From Vulcanimicrobiota bacterium (GTDB lineage Bacteria; Vulcanimicrobiota; Xenobia; Xenobiales; JADMJV01), in NCBI GenBank assembly GCA_050250895.1, contig JBFWNU010000007.1, forward strand, positions 64,001 to 128,000: DNA of 64,000 nucleotides, written 5' to 3'. This document shows, one piece after another, positions 19,114 to 27,102 of this stretch. Position numbers and translations under genes: made by a program. Under the pieces are notes generated by a model, which did no database searches, had not been told where the DNA came from, and was given only the letters and a program-made list of their open reading frames with translations. The stretch's first letter is position 1, and every line of letters starts with the position of its first letter.

Positions 19114-20006
19114 GGGGCGGCCATTCCCGGCCCGCCAGGCTTCCTCCTGGCCATTCTGGTGTAGCTTCGGCACACTTCAAAGCCGGCCCGACCATAGAAG
19201 TCGACCAGAGTGGTCCAGTCGACCACTACCCGCCCGACTCGCCGGTGGGACAGGTAGTTGAGACTCTCCGCAAGCATCCGTTGGCCCAGGCCCCGTCCCC
19301 GCGCGGCAGCCGCCATGCCGACTGGGCCGATGCCTCCCCAGGCCAACGGCTGGTGGCGGACCCAATAGGTACTCGGGCCGAGCCAGCGGTTGCCCGAGTG
19401 CCAGGTATGGCAAAAGCCCAGCACCTCGTCGCCCTCGCGCACGATGACCACATCCTCCAGGTTGCCCTCGAGTTCGAGCCGGTGGCGGGTGTCGCGGCTC
19501 CAGCGCCCAGGAAACTCGCGTTCGAGCATGGCCAGCAGGGCGGGGACCTGGCCCGGACCGCAGCTTTCGAAGGGGCCGTGGCGGGGGGTCAGGTCTTGAG
19601 CTAGATCGACGCTGCATTCCACGGTCTGGAAGTCGCGCTTGCGAAAGAACCCGGTAGATTTCTCGAATTCGGCGGGAATTCCCGGCAGAAAGTGACTCAG
19701 GCTACCCCCTACGAAGACCGTCTCGAGGCCGGCCAAGCCAGCCTCGAGCAGAGCGGTGGCGCGTCCCTGGCGGCGATATTCGGGCAAAACCCCCAGAGCG
19801 TCGATGCAGGGGGCACTAGAACCGGGGGTGACCATGAGCAGGCCCACGGCCTGGTCGCCGTGGCGGTCGACCAGGATCTGCCGACCCTCTTGCTGCCAAT
19901 GGGCGACGGTATTCTGTTCGAACAGGCGCCAGTCGAGCGGGTAGGGGGGGAAGAGACGGTTCCAGAGGGAGAGAATCTCTGGGGTCGGCAAGCTGGTTTC
20001 AATCAT
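19110..20006 (-). CDS. Tandem GNAT-domain acetyltransferase
   Basis: Two acetyl-CoA motifs, 'V.PEYRRQGRA' and 'GPVG..AAARGRGLG', plus 'DWT..VDFYGRAGF'. Confidence 0.8.
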   Translation of the reverse strand: MIETSLPTPEILSLWNRLFPPYPLDWRLFEQNTVAHWQQEGRQILVDRHGDQAVGLLMVTPGSSAPCIDALGVLPEYRRQGRATALLEAGLAGLETVFVGGSLSHFLPGIPAEFEKSTGFFRKRDFQTVECSVDLAQDLTPRHGPFESCGPGQVPALLAMLEREFPGRWSRDTRHRLELEGNLEDVVIVREGDEVLGFCHTWHSGNRWLGPSTYWVRHQPLAWGGIGPVGMAAAARGRGLGQRMLAESLNYLSHRRVGRVVVDWTTLVDFYGRAGFEVCRSYTRMARRKPGGPGMAAP

Positions 20007-20053
20007 GGAAGGGCCTCTTTTCGGGGTGGCGAAGCGCGCCGCTGGAGGTGTCA

Positions 20054-21454
20054 ATGTCGGTTAGAACAGAACGTGATTCGATGGGGACGATGGAGGTCCC
20101 CGCCGAGGCTTATTACGGTGCATCCACCGCTCGGGCGGTCTTGAATTTCCCTATCAGTGGTCGCGGTTTCGGACGACGCTTCCTGCGGGCCCTGGGGATG
20201 ATCAAGAAGGCCTGCGCTCAGGCGAACCTGGACCTGGGCTTGCTCGAGGGCAAGAAGGCCGAGGCCATCGTGAGCGCGGCCGACGAAGTCATCGCCGGCC
20301 AGCTCGATCAACATTTTGTGGTCGACATCTTTCAGACCGGCTCAGGCACTTCGACCAACATGAACGCCAACGAAGTCATCGCCAATCGGGCCAGCGAACT
20401 GATGGGCGGCGATCGAGGCTCGAAGCTGGTCCATCCCAATGACGACGTCAACCGGGGCCAGTCCTCAAACGACGTCATCCCCACAGCCATGCAGTTTTCG
20501 GCCGCGCTGGGCGTGCATCAGGACCTGCTGCCGGCGCTCGAGGGGCTCGAGCAAAGTCTGCGCAAGCTCTCCAAATCTAGCTGGGACGTGGTCAAGACCG
20601 GACGCACTCACCTGCAAGACGCGACTCCCATTCGCATGGGTCAGGTTTTTCTCGGCTTTGCAGGCCAGGTCGAACGGTCGCGCCGTCGCCTCGAGCACGC
20701 CGTCGATGAGTTGTGCGAACTGCCTTTGGGCGGCACCGCGGTGGGCACCGGCATCAACACCCACCCGGCTTTCGCTGGCAAGGTGATGGGCCTGCTCGAG
20801 AAGGCGACCGGTCTCAAAGTGCGCGAAAGCGACAACCATTTCCAGGCCCAGAATAACATCGATATCATGATTTCGGCCTCGGGAGCCCTGCGGGCTACGG
20901 CTCTGAGTCTCTACAAGATTGCCAACGACATCCGCTTCATGGGCTCGGGTCCCCGGGCCGGTCTGGGCGAGTTGCGCCTACCGGAGGTGCAACCCGGCTC
21001 ATCGATCATGCCGGGTAAAGTCAATCCGGTGATCCCCGAGGCCCTGCTGCAGGTCGTGGCCCATGTGCTCGGCAACGATAATGCCATCGTACATGGGGCT
21101 TATGGTAGCTACTTCGAACTCAACATGATGTTCCCGATGGCCGCCCAGAATTTCGATCAAGCCGTTGATTTGCTGGCGGCGGCCGTGGCCAACTTCACCA
21201 CCACTTGTGTAGACGGCCTCGAGGTCACCTCGGCCGGCCCCGACGGGGTCGAGCGGGGTCTGATGCTGGGCACGGCCCTGGCCCCGGTGGTGGGCTACGA
21301 TAAGGCGGCCGAGGTGGCCAAGACGGCGGCCAAGCAGAACAAGACCATCCGCGAGGTGGCCCTGGAGGTCACCGATCTTACCGCTGACGATCTCGAAAAG
21401 TTGCTGGATCCCCTTCCCATGACCGAGCCGACGGCGGAGCCGACCACGGCTTGA
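20054..21454 (+). CDS. fumC: Class II fumarate hydratase
   Basis: 'QTGSGTSTNMN', 'GQSSND', 'GRTHLQDATP', signature 'GSSIMPGKVNP'; GGAGG before the ATG. Confidence 0.92.
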   Translation: MSVRTERDSMGTMEVPAEAYYGASTARAVLNFPISGRGFGRRFLRALGMIKKACAQANLDLGLLEGKKAEAIVSAADEVIAGQLDQHFVVDIFQTGSGTSTNMNANEVIANRASELMGGDRGSKLVHPNDDVNRGQSSNDVIPTAMQFSAALGVHQDLLPALEGLEQSLRKLSKSSWDVVKTGRTHLQDATPIRMGQVFLGFAGQVERSRRRLEHAVDELCELPLGGTAVGTGINTHPAFAGKVMGLLEKATGLKVRESDNHFQAQNNIDIMISASGALRATALSLYKIANDIRFMGSGPRAGLGELRLPEVQPGSSIMPGKVNPVIPEALLQVVAHVLGNDNAIVHGAYGSYFELNMMFPMAAQNFDQAVDLLAAAVANFTTTCVDGLEVTSAGPDGVERGLMLGTALAPVVGYDKAAEVAKTAAKQNKTIREVALEVTDLTADDLEKLLDPLPMTEPTAEPTTA

Positions 21455-21472
21455 GGAATTTTCAAGACAGGC

Positions 21473-21504
21473 CCGAAGAACCCCCTAATGCTGGGGTTCT
21501 TCGG
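21473..21504 (+). terminator. Hairpin after fumC, probable terminator
   Basis: CCGAAGAACCCC, 8-nt loop, GGGGTTCTTCGG: a perfect 12-bp stem with no clear U tract. Confidence 0.55.
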
Positions 21505-21518
21505 CCCTGGCCACAGGG

Positions 21519-21547
21519 TTGACAAACCCATGCCCTTTGGGTATACT
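21519..21547 (+). promoter_or_regulatory. sigma70 promoter for tRNA-Gly/tRNA-Thr
   Basis: TTGACA, 17 bp spacer, TATACT. Confidence 0.85.
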
Positions 21548-21586
21548 CCATTTGCACTTGGCGAGAGTCCGGTGCTGCTTTATTAT

Positions 21587-21662
21587 GCGGGGATAGCTCA
21601 GTTGGTAGAGCACTAGCCTTCCAAGCTGGATGTCGCGAGTTCGAGTCTCGTTCCCCGCTCCA
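21587..21662 (+). tRNA. tRNA-Gly(TCC)
   Basis: 76-nt cloverleaf, anticodon arm CTAGC-CT-TCC-AA-GCTGG, GTTCGAG T-loop, encoded CCA. Confidence 0.97.
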
Positions 21663-21668
21663 GGACAC

Positions 21669-21744
21669 GCTGGGGTAGCTCAGTCGGCAGAGCACGTCCT
21701 TGGTAAGGACGAGGTCGGCGGTTCAAGTCCGCTCCCCAGCTCCA
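21669..21744 (+). tRNA. tRNA-Thr(GGT)
   Basis: 76-nt cloverleaf, anticodon arm CGTCC-TT-GGT-AA-GGACG, encoded CCA. Confidence 0.97.
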
Positions 21745-21745
21745 T

Positions 21746-21814
21746 GCCGCTTGCGGTCCGCTTTCGAAGCGGGCCGCGGGTCGTATCATAAAAGTGCAGC
21801 GGCTCTTTTTTTTT
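21746..21814 (+). terminator. Structured trailer / terminator after the tRNAs
   Basis: GCGGTCCGCT-TTCGA-AGCGGGCCGC hairpin inside a GCCGC...GCGGC closure, followed by a long T run. Confidence 0.45.
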
Positions 21815-21922
21815 GTCGCCGGCCACGTTTTTTGAACTGCTCGTGTGGGTATGACAAGGGCGCGGCTCGACCAATTCCAAGGGCCGTTTACCGGTAAACA
21901 GGTCGCATACCGAAGGAGACCC

Positions 21923-22231
21923 ATGATGGCAGCCCAGGAAGCCAAGACAAGAAAAAACGCAAAGGCAAGGCGACAGAAGAAGACGGACGCACCCGCCTCG
22001 GAAGAGCGGGGGCGCAGCGAAGGCGGGCAGAATACCGTGGCTGAAGGCGGCGGTCTGGTCGCACGTGTGCGTAAGTATCTTGTCGGGGTGCTGGCCGAGA
22101 GCAAACGCGTGACGTGGCCGTCCAAGGCCGAACTGATGGCCGGAACGCTGGTCACGTTTTTCACGCTGGTGATGTTTGCCGGCTATCTCGGGGTTCTCGA
22201 TAAAATCTTCGAAAGAGTCCTTCAGTTTTAG
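21923..22231 (+). CDS. secE: Preprotein translocase subunit SecE
   Basis: 'ESKRVTWPSKAEL' plus a single C-terminal TM; AAGGAG upstream; precedes nusG. Confidence 0.9.
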   Translation: MMAAQEAKTRKNAKARRQKKTDAPASEERGRSEGGQNTVAEGGGLVARVRKYLVGVLAESKRVTWPSKAELMAGTLVTFFTLVMFAGYLGVLDKIFERVLQF

Positions 22232-22249
22232 TATGCGAGAGAGGAGACG

Positions 22250-22939
22250 GTGGCCAGCCGCCGTCGCAGCGTTTTGAGTATGGCAGCCGAGAATGAAACT
22301 ACTCCCGTAGAGGAGACTGTTGTTGAAGCTCCCCAGGCAACCGCCGAGTCCGACGAGGGCGTCGAGAGCATCGAATCCGTAGCCAGCGAGCCGGAAGCTC
22401 CGCGGGATCCCCGCACCAACTGGTACGTGATTCACACCTATTCCGGCTACGAGAACAAGGTTCGCGATAATCTGATTCGTCGCATCGAGTCGATGAACAT
22501 GCGCGACAAGATTTTTCAGGTGCTGGTGCCCACCGAAGAAGAGCTCGAGTTCAAGGACGGCAAGAAAAAGACCGTTCAGCGCAAAGTCTATCCCGGCTAT
22601 GTTTTCGTCGAGATGATTATGACCGAAGACTCGTGGTACGTGGTGCGCAATACCTCGGGCGTGACGGGCTTCGTCAGCCCGGGTGCCAAGCCGGTCCCTC
22701 TGCCCGACGACGAAGTTCGTCGCATCAAGCAGATCATGGGTATGGAGGCGCCGGTTCGGGTCAAGATCAACCTCACCGTGGGTCAGAACGTGCGGGTCAT
22801 TCACGGACCCTTCCAGGACTTCCACGGCGTGGTCGACGAGGTCAGCCCCGACCGCGAAAAGGTGCGCGTCCTGATTTCGATTTTCGGCCGCGAGACTCCC
22901 GTAGAGCTCGATTTTGGCCAGGTAGAGAAGTTGTCATAG
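22250..22939 (+). CDS. nusG: Transcription termination/antitermination factor NusG
   Basis: 'WYVIHTYSGYENKV', 'YPGYVFVEM', 'VRNTSGVTGFV', KOW 'GPFQDF.G', 'IFGRETPVEL'. Start may be 22280. Confidence 0.97.
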   Translation: MASRRRSVLSMAAENETTPVEETVVEAPQATAESDEGVESIESVASEPEAPRDPRTNWYVIHTYSGYENKVRDNLIRRIESMNMRDKIFQVLVPTEEELEFKDGKKKTVQRKVYPGYVFVEMIMTEDSWYVVRNTSGVTGFVSPGAKPVPLPDDEVRRIKQIMGMEAPVRVKINLTVGQNVRVIHGPFQDFHGVVDEVSPDREKVRVLISIFGRETPVELDFGQVEKLS

Positions 22940-22977
22940 TAGGTCGTCCCCCGACCGACTCTTGAAAGGGAAAAGCC

Positions 22978-23403
22978 ATGGCAAAGAAACTAAAAGCAAT
23001 TATTAAACTCCAGGTGCCGGCCGGCAAGGCCAATCCGGCCCCTCCGGTCGGCCCCGCCCTCGGTCAGCACGGCGTCAACATCATGGACTTCGTGAAGCAG
23101 TACAACGAGCGGACCGCGAAGCAGATCGGCATGATCGTTCCGGTCGAGATCAGCGTCTATGAAGATCGTTCCTTCACGTTCGTCACCAAGACGCCCCCGG
23201 CCAAAACGCTGCTGCTCAAGAAGGCCGGCCTCGAGAAGGGTTCCGGCGAGCCCAACACTCGCAAGGTGGGCAAAGTGACCAAAGCCCAGGTGCGCGAAAT
23301 CGCCGAGTTGAAGATGCCCGACCTCAACGCTAACGACCTCGATATGGCGATGCGCATCATCGAAGGCACCGCTCGCAGCATGGGCATTGAAGTCAAAGGC
23401 TAA
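22978..23403 (+). CDS. rplK: 50S ribosomal protein L11
   Basis: '[18 protein letters not shown]', 'KTPP', 'GTARSMG'. Confidence 0.98.
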   Translation: MAKKLKAIIKLQVPAGKANPAPPVGPALGQHGVNIMDFVKQYNERTAKQIGMIVPVEISVYEDRSFTFVTKTPPAKTLLLKKAGLEKGSGEPNTRKVGKVTKAQVREIAELKMPDLNANDLDMAMRIIEGTARSMGIEVKG

Positions 23404-23413
23404 GAGTTAAATA

Positions 23414-23452
23414 GTGGGAGGCCGCTTCTAGAGGAGCGGCCGTCCGAACCAC
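23414..23452 (+). promoter_or_regulatory. L1 autogenous translational operator between rplK and rplA
   Basis: GTGG-GAG-GCCGCT...AGCGGCC...CCAC: two stems with an internal GAG bulge, immediately before the rplA AGGAGG. This matches the usual position and shape of the L1-binding RNA. Confidence 0.7.
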
Positions 23453-23462
23453 AGGAGGTAGA

Positions 23463-24170
23463 ATGGGTAAGAGAGACAAGAAATACAAAGAGGCGCTCAC
23501 CAAGTTTGATCGCAATCAGGGTTACGAACTCAGCGACGCGCTGGATGTGGTCAAAAACATCGCCTTCGCCAAGTTTGACGAGACCATCGAGATTCACGTC
23601 AAGCTAGGCATCGACCCGCGTAAGAGCGACCAGACAGTGCGTGGAACGACCGTGCTGCCCAACGGCACCGGTAAGACCCCCAAGGTCATCGTCTTCACCA
23701 AGGGTGATAAGATCGCGGCCTGCGAAGCCGCCGGTGCCGACGAAGTGGGCGGCGACGAACTGATCCAGAAGGTCAAGGACGGCTTCTCTGACTTCGACAT
23801 CGCAGTGGCCTCACCCGACATGATGGGCGCCGTCGGTAAGAGTCTCGGTCGCGTGCTCGGCCCCAAAATGCCGAACCCCCGTGCCGGCACCGTCTCCCCT
23901 GACCCGGCCAAGGCCGTTCAAGAGCTAAAGTCTGGTAAGATTCAGTATCGCGCCGACAAGTCCGGCATCGTGCATTGCCCGGTCGGCAAAGTCAGTTTCC
24001 CTACCGAGCACCTCGTAGAGAATCTTCGGGTGCTCCTCGAGGCCATCGTGAAGGCCCGTCCCTCGGCCGCCAAAGGAGCCTATCTGCGCTCGGTCTGTCT
24101 GAGTTCGACCATGGGACCGGCTGTCAAGGTGGACTCCCAGAAGGCAGCCGCTTTCGCTGGCGTTCGCTAG
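23463..24170 (+). CDS. rplA: 50S ribosomal protein L1
   Basis: 'AKFDETIE', 'DQTVRG...LPNGTGK', 'LGP.MPNP..GTV', 'SSTMGP'. Confidence 0.98.
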   Translation: MGKRDKKYKEALTKFDRNQGYELSDALDVVKNIAFAKFDETIEIHVKLGIDPRKSDQTVRGTTVLPNGTGKTPKVIVFTKGDKIAACEAAGADEVGGDELIQKVKDGFSDFDIAVASPDMMGAVGKSLGRVLGPKMPNPRAGTVSPDPAKAVQELKSGKIQYRADKSGIVHCPVGKVSFPTEHLVENLRVLLEAIVKARPSAAKGAYLRSVCLSSTMGPAVKVDSQKAAAFAGVR

Positions 24171-24179
24171 TCGAGGACA

Positions 24180-25694
24180 GTGCTGTCCCCTGAGACGAAG
24201 GGCCCGAGCCTGAGAATTCCTTTCTGGCTCGGGCTTATTTTCTTTGTACTCGTCCTGCTGGCGCCACTCCCCGAGGGGATGACCCCGGCCGGCAAAAAGG
24301 TGTTGGCCGCCGCTTTTTTGATGGCCACCTGGTGGATCGGCGAGGCTTTGCCCATTCCTTGCACGGCCCTGGTGCCGCTGGCCCTCTTTCCTTTGATGGG
24401 AGTGATGAAGGCCGGCGATGTTGCGCCGAACTACGGCAACGAGAATATCTTTCTTTTCATGGGCGGGCTTTTCATGGCCATGGCCATGCAAAAGTGGAAT
24501 CTGCATCGTCGCATGGCCCTCGCCATCGTGGGCCTAAGCGGGCAGAAGCCCGGCTATCTGATCATGGGTTTCATGCTGGCCACGGGACTGATCTCGATGT
24601 GGATCTCGGATACGGCCACGGTGATGATGATGATGCCCATTGGTGTGGCCGTCATCATGCATTTCGAGGAGCACCAGAAGCTGCCCGAGCAGAAGCAGAA
24701 GGATTTTGCCGCCGCCATGATGCTCGGAATCGCCTATGCGGGGGTGATCGGGGGCATCGGCACGCTGATCGGCACCCCACCCAACCTGGTCTTCGCTGGC
24801 ACCGTGGCCAAACTGGTGCCGGACGCGCCCGAGATCGGGTTCGCCAAATGGATGATGGTGGGTGGAACGGTGACCATCACTTTCCTGCCTCTGGTGTGGG
24901 TCTATCTCACTCGCATCGCTTTCCAGATTCCCCTGGGTGACGTGGATGAGGGCACCGACCGACAAGATATGGTCAAGTCTCAACTGGCTCAACTGGGGCC
25001 GATGAAGAAGGGTGAGAAGATCACCCTGGCCGTGTTCTTGAGCGCCGCCCTGTTGTGGTTGACCAGGGGCGAATATCGCGGTGACGAGGTTCTGGCCCCT
25101 GGCTGGGCCCTGCTCTTTCCCAATCCCGACATGATTCACGATTCGACGGTGGCGATGTTGGCTGCCCTGGCCCTGTTCGTGATGACCGTCGACGGGGACC
25201 GGCGCGAGTATGTGCTCGATTGGGAATGGGCTCGCCGTATCCCCTGGCGCGTGTTGTTGCTCTTTGGGGGTGGGTTCGCCCTGGCTCACGCCTTCCAGGT
25301 GACCGAACTGGCCGATTGGATTGGCCGGCGGATCGCTTTTCTCGAGGGTCTCCCTGCCCCTTTGATGGTGGCGGTGGTTTGTTTCTTGATGACTTTTCTG
25401 ACCGAGGTTACCTCGAACACGGCCACCACCACGGTCATGATGCCCGTGCTGGCCACCGCCGGCCACACCATGGGGATCGATCCTCTACTGCTGATGATGC
25501 CGGCCGCCATGTCGGCTTCGTGCGCCTTCATGCTACCGGTGGCCACACCCGGTAACGCCATCGTCTTCGGCAGCGGGTATCTGACCATTCCCCAGATGGC
25601 CAAGGCAGGCTTCTGGCTCAATCTGGTGGGAGTAATCCTGATTACCCTCGTCACCATTCTGGTGGGCGTCCCGGTTTTTGGTTTGCGCTACTGA
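24180..25694 (+). CDS. SLC13/DASS-family sodium:dicarboxylate (or sulfate) symporter
   Basis: Many TM helices; 'WNLHRR.AL', 'SMWISDTAT', 'GTPPN', 'TEVTSNTAT', 'AFMLPVATP.NAIV'. Confidence 0.92.
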   Translation: MLSPETKGPSLRIPFWLGLIFFVLVLLAPLPEGMTPAGKKVLAAAFLMATWWIGEALPIPCTALVPLALFPLMGVMKAGDVAPNYGNENIFLFMGGLFMAMAMQKWNLHRRMALAIVGLSGQKPGYLIMGFMLATGLISMWISDTATVMMMMPIGVAVIMHFEEHQKLPEQKQKDFAAAMMLGIAYAGVIGGIGTLIGTPPNLVFAGTVAKLVPDAPEIGFAKWMMVGGTVTITFLPLVWVYLTRIAFQIPLGDVDEGTDRQDMVKSQLAQLGPMKKGEKITLAVFLSAALLWLTRGEYRGDEVLAPGWALLFPNPDMIHDSTVAMLAALALFVMTVDGDRREYVLDWEWARRIPWRVLLLFGGGFALAHAFQVTELADWIGRRIAFLEGLPAPLMVAVVCFLMTFLTEVTSNTATTTVMMPVLATAGHTMGIDPLLLMMPAAMSASCAFMLPVATPGNAIVFGSGYLTIPQMAKAGFWLNLVGVILITLVTILVGVPVFGLRY

Positions 25695-25708
25695 GGCTGG
25701 CGGTGGGT

Positions 25709-26389
25709 GCGGACGGGGGTGTAAACTGGAGTTTTCACGCGGACGTGGGCGTGAACTGGATTTTAACGCGGAGATCAAGGAGAGGACGCAGAGATCGCGG
25801 AGGGGTTGCAGGTTTGGGGGAGTAGGCTCTCTAGCGATTTTTATGGTTGAGGCCGGTGCGGCTGGAAGGTCGTTCCCTGATAGTTCCAGGCGCGGCCGGT
25901 GCCGAAGGACTCTGCGTTCTCCGCGATCTCAGCGGTTTATAAACGGGCGGGCGTGTTAACGCGGACGTGGGCGCGAACTGGATTTTGACGCGGAGATCAA
26001 GAGAGGACGCAGAGATCGTGGAGGGGTTGCAGGTTTGGGGGAGTAGGCTCTCTAGTGATTTTTATGGTTGAGGCCGGTGCGGCTGGGAGTTAGCGGTGCC
26101 TGACCCGCGTCGGTTACCGACCGGGACCGAGGCGCGGCTTGGCCCAGCCAGAGGCGGGCCACTTCCAGCTGGAAGTCGCGGCGGGTGTGCGGCGCACAAC
26201 CGGTCCCACGGTCGCCGCTGGCCCGAACCGAGGCCTCGGCCGGGGATTCGGCAGCACCCACGTACCACGCCGCCAAATCGGCCTCGGCGGGGCGGGGAGG
26301 TCGTTCCACCGTTGTTCAAGGCTTCAATGCGCGGCCGGCGCGCGCCGAAGGACTCCGCGTCTCTGAGCGGTTTTATAACGAGCGAGCGC
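25709..26389. repeat. Tandem copies of a ~220-bp non-coding repeat with internal inverted repeats
   Basis: Partial head at 25709-25740; copy 1 at 25737-25958; copy 2 at 25959-26389 with a ~205-bp insert after 26086. Shared core GCAGGTTTGGGGGAGTAGGCTCTCTAGYGATTTTTATGGT. Inverted repeat GAGATCGCGGAG (25791) / CTCCGCGATCTC (25919). Confidence 0.85.
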
Positions 26390-26405
26390 TCACCCTCCAG
26401 ACCAC

Positions 26406-26434
26406 TTGACATCCCCGGCCGTGTCCACTATTAT
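26406..26434 (+). promoter_or_regulatory. sigma70 promoter for tRNA-Ala
   Basis: TTGACA, 17 bp spacer, TATTAT, ending 10 nt before the tRNA. Confidence 0.8.
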
Positions 26435-26444
26435 TGCTGGGCGC

Positions 26445-26520
<76 letters not shown>

Positions 26521-26530
26521 AAATCAAACG

Positions 26531-26562
26531 AAGACAGGAGCAAACAGCTCCTGTTTTCATTT
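26531..26562 (+). terminator. Rho-independent terminator after tRNA-Ala
   Basis: ACAGGAGC-AAACA-GCTCCTGT followed by TTTCATTT. Confidence 0.7.
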
Positions 26563-26750
26563 CGTTCGATGTTTTTCCGGGCGCGTGGAGGAACTCTAGT
26601 ATTCTGGAAGAATACTCAAGCGTTATTTCCGAGGGTTTCCCTTGGAGTCGGAGTGGTGCTCCGGCAATGCGGCCCTCGCTGCAGAACTCGTTCGGGTGTG
26701 ATGTGGGCGCGACTAGAAAAGAATTATAAAGACTACGGGTAGGTGACTTT

Positions 26751-27044
26751 ATGGCATACCGGCCGTGCAGGTTTCGGAGTTCGGTGCTAGGCGTTTTTCA
26801 GTGCGAGAAGCACATGTTTCAGCATTCCTATCCGGAAATCTACAACGAACTCTACGAGTTTTGTCTTGAGAACGTTCCCGATCGATTTTGCGGATATGTC
26901 GATTTCGGTTTCAGTCTCGAAGGCGAGATGCCTAGAATTTTTATCAATTGTACGCATCCCTACCAGTCCCGTCCGCTGCGCAGTTTTCGGGACTGCATCG
27001 AGGAGTGCGATTACCACGATAAAGAGGGCGAGTCCCTCGGTTAG
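26751..27044 (+). CDS. Small Cys-rich protein (97 aa, 7 Cys), putative partner or substrate of the radical SAM enzyme
   Basis: AGGTGA RBS, protein-like composition, Cys at 6/18/38/47/67/82/86, 58 bp upstream of the rSAM gene. Confidence 0.7.
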   Translation: MAYRPCRFRSSVLGVFQCEKHMFQHSYPEIYNELYEFCLENVPDRFCGYVDFGFSLEGEMPRIFINCTHPYQSRPLRSFRDCIEECDYHDKEGESLG

Positions 27045-27102
27045 GCGCCTCACACACAGCGCCGCTACGGTCGGCGGTACTCAGACCCCTGGAGGAATCT
27101 GA

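Noticed and set aside
21745-21922. rpmG or tRNA-Trp upstream of secE
   Set aside because: No L33-like ORF and no cloverleaf found in this interval.
25709-26389. Repeat region as a CRISPR array
   Set aside because: Units are ~220 bp with no short constant repeat/unique spacer alternation, and no cas genes are nearby.
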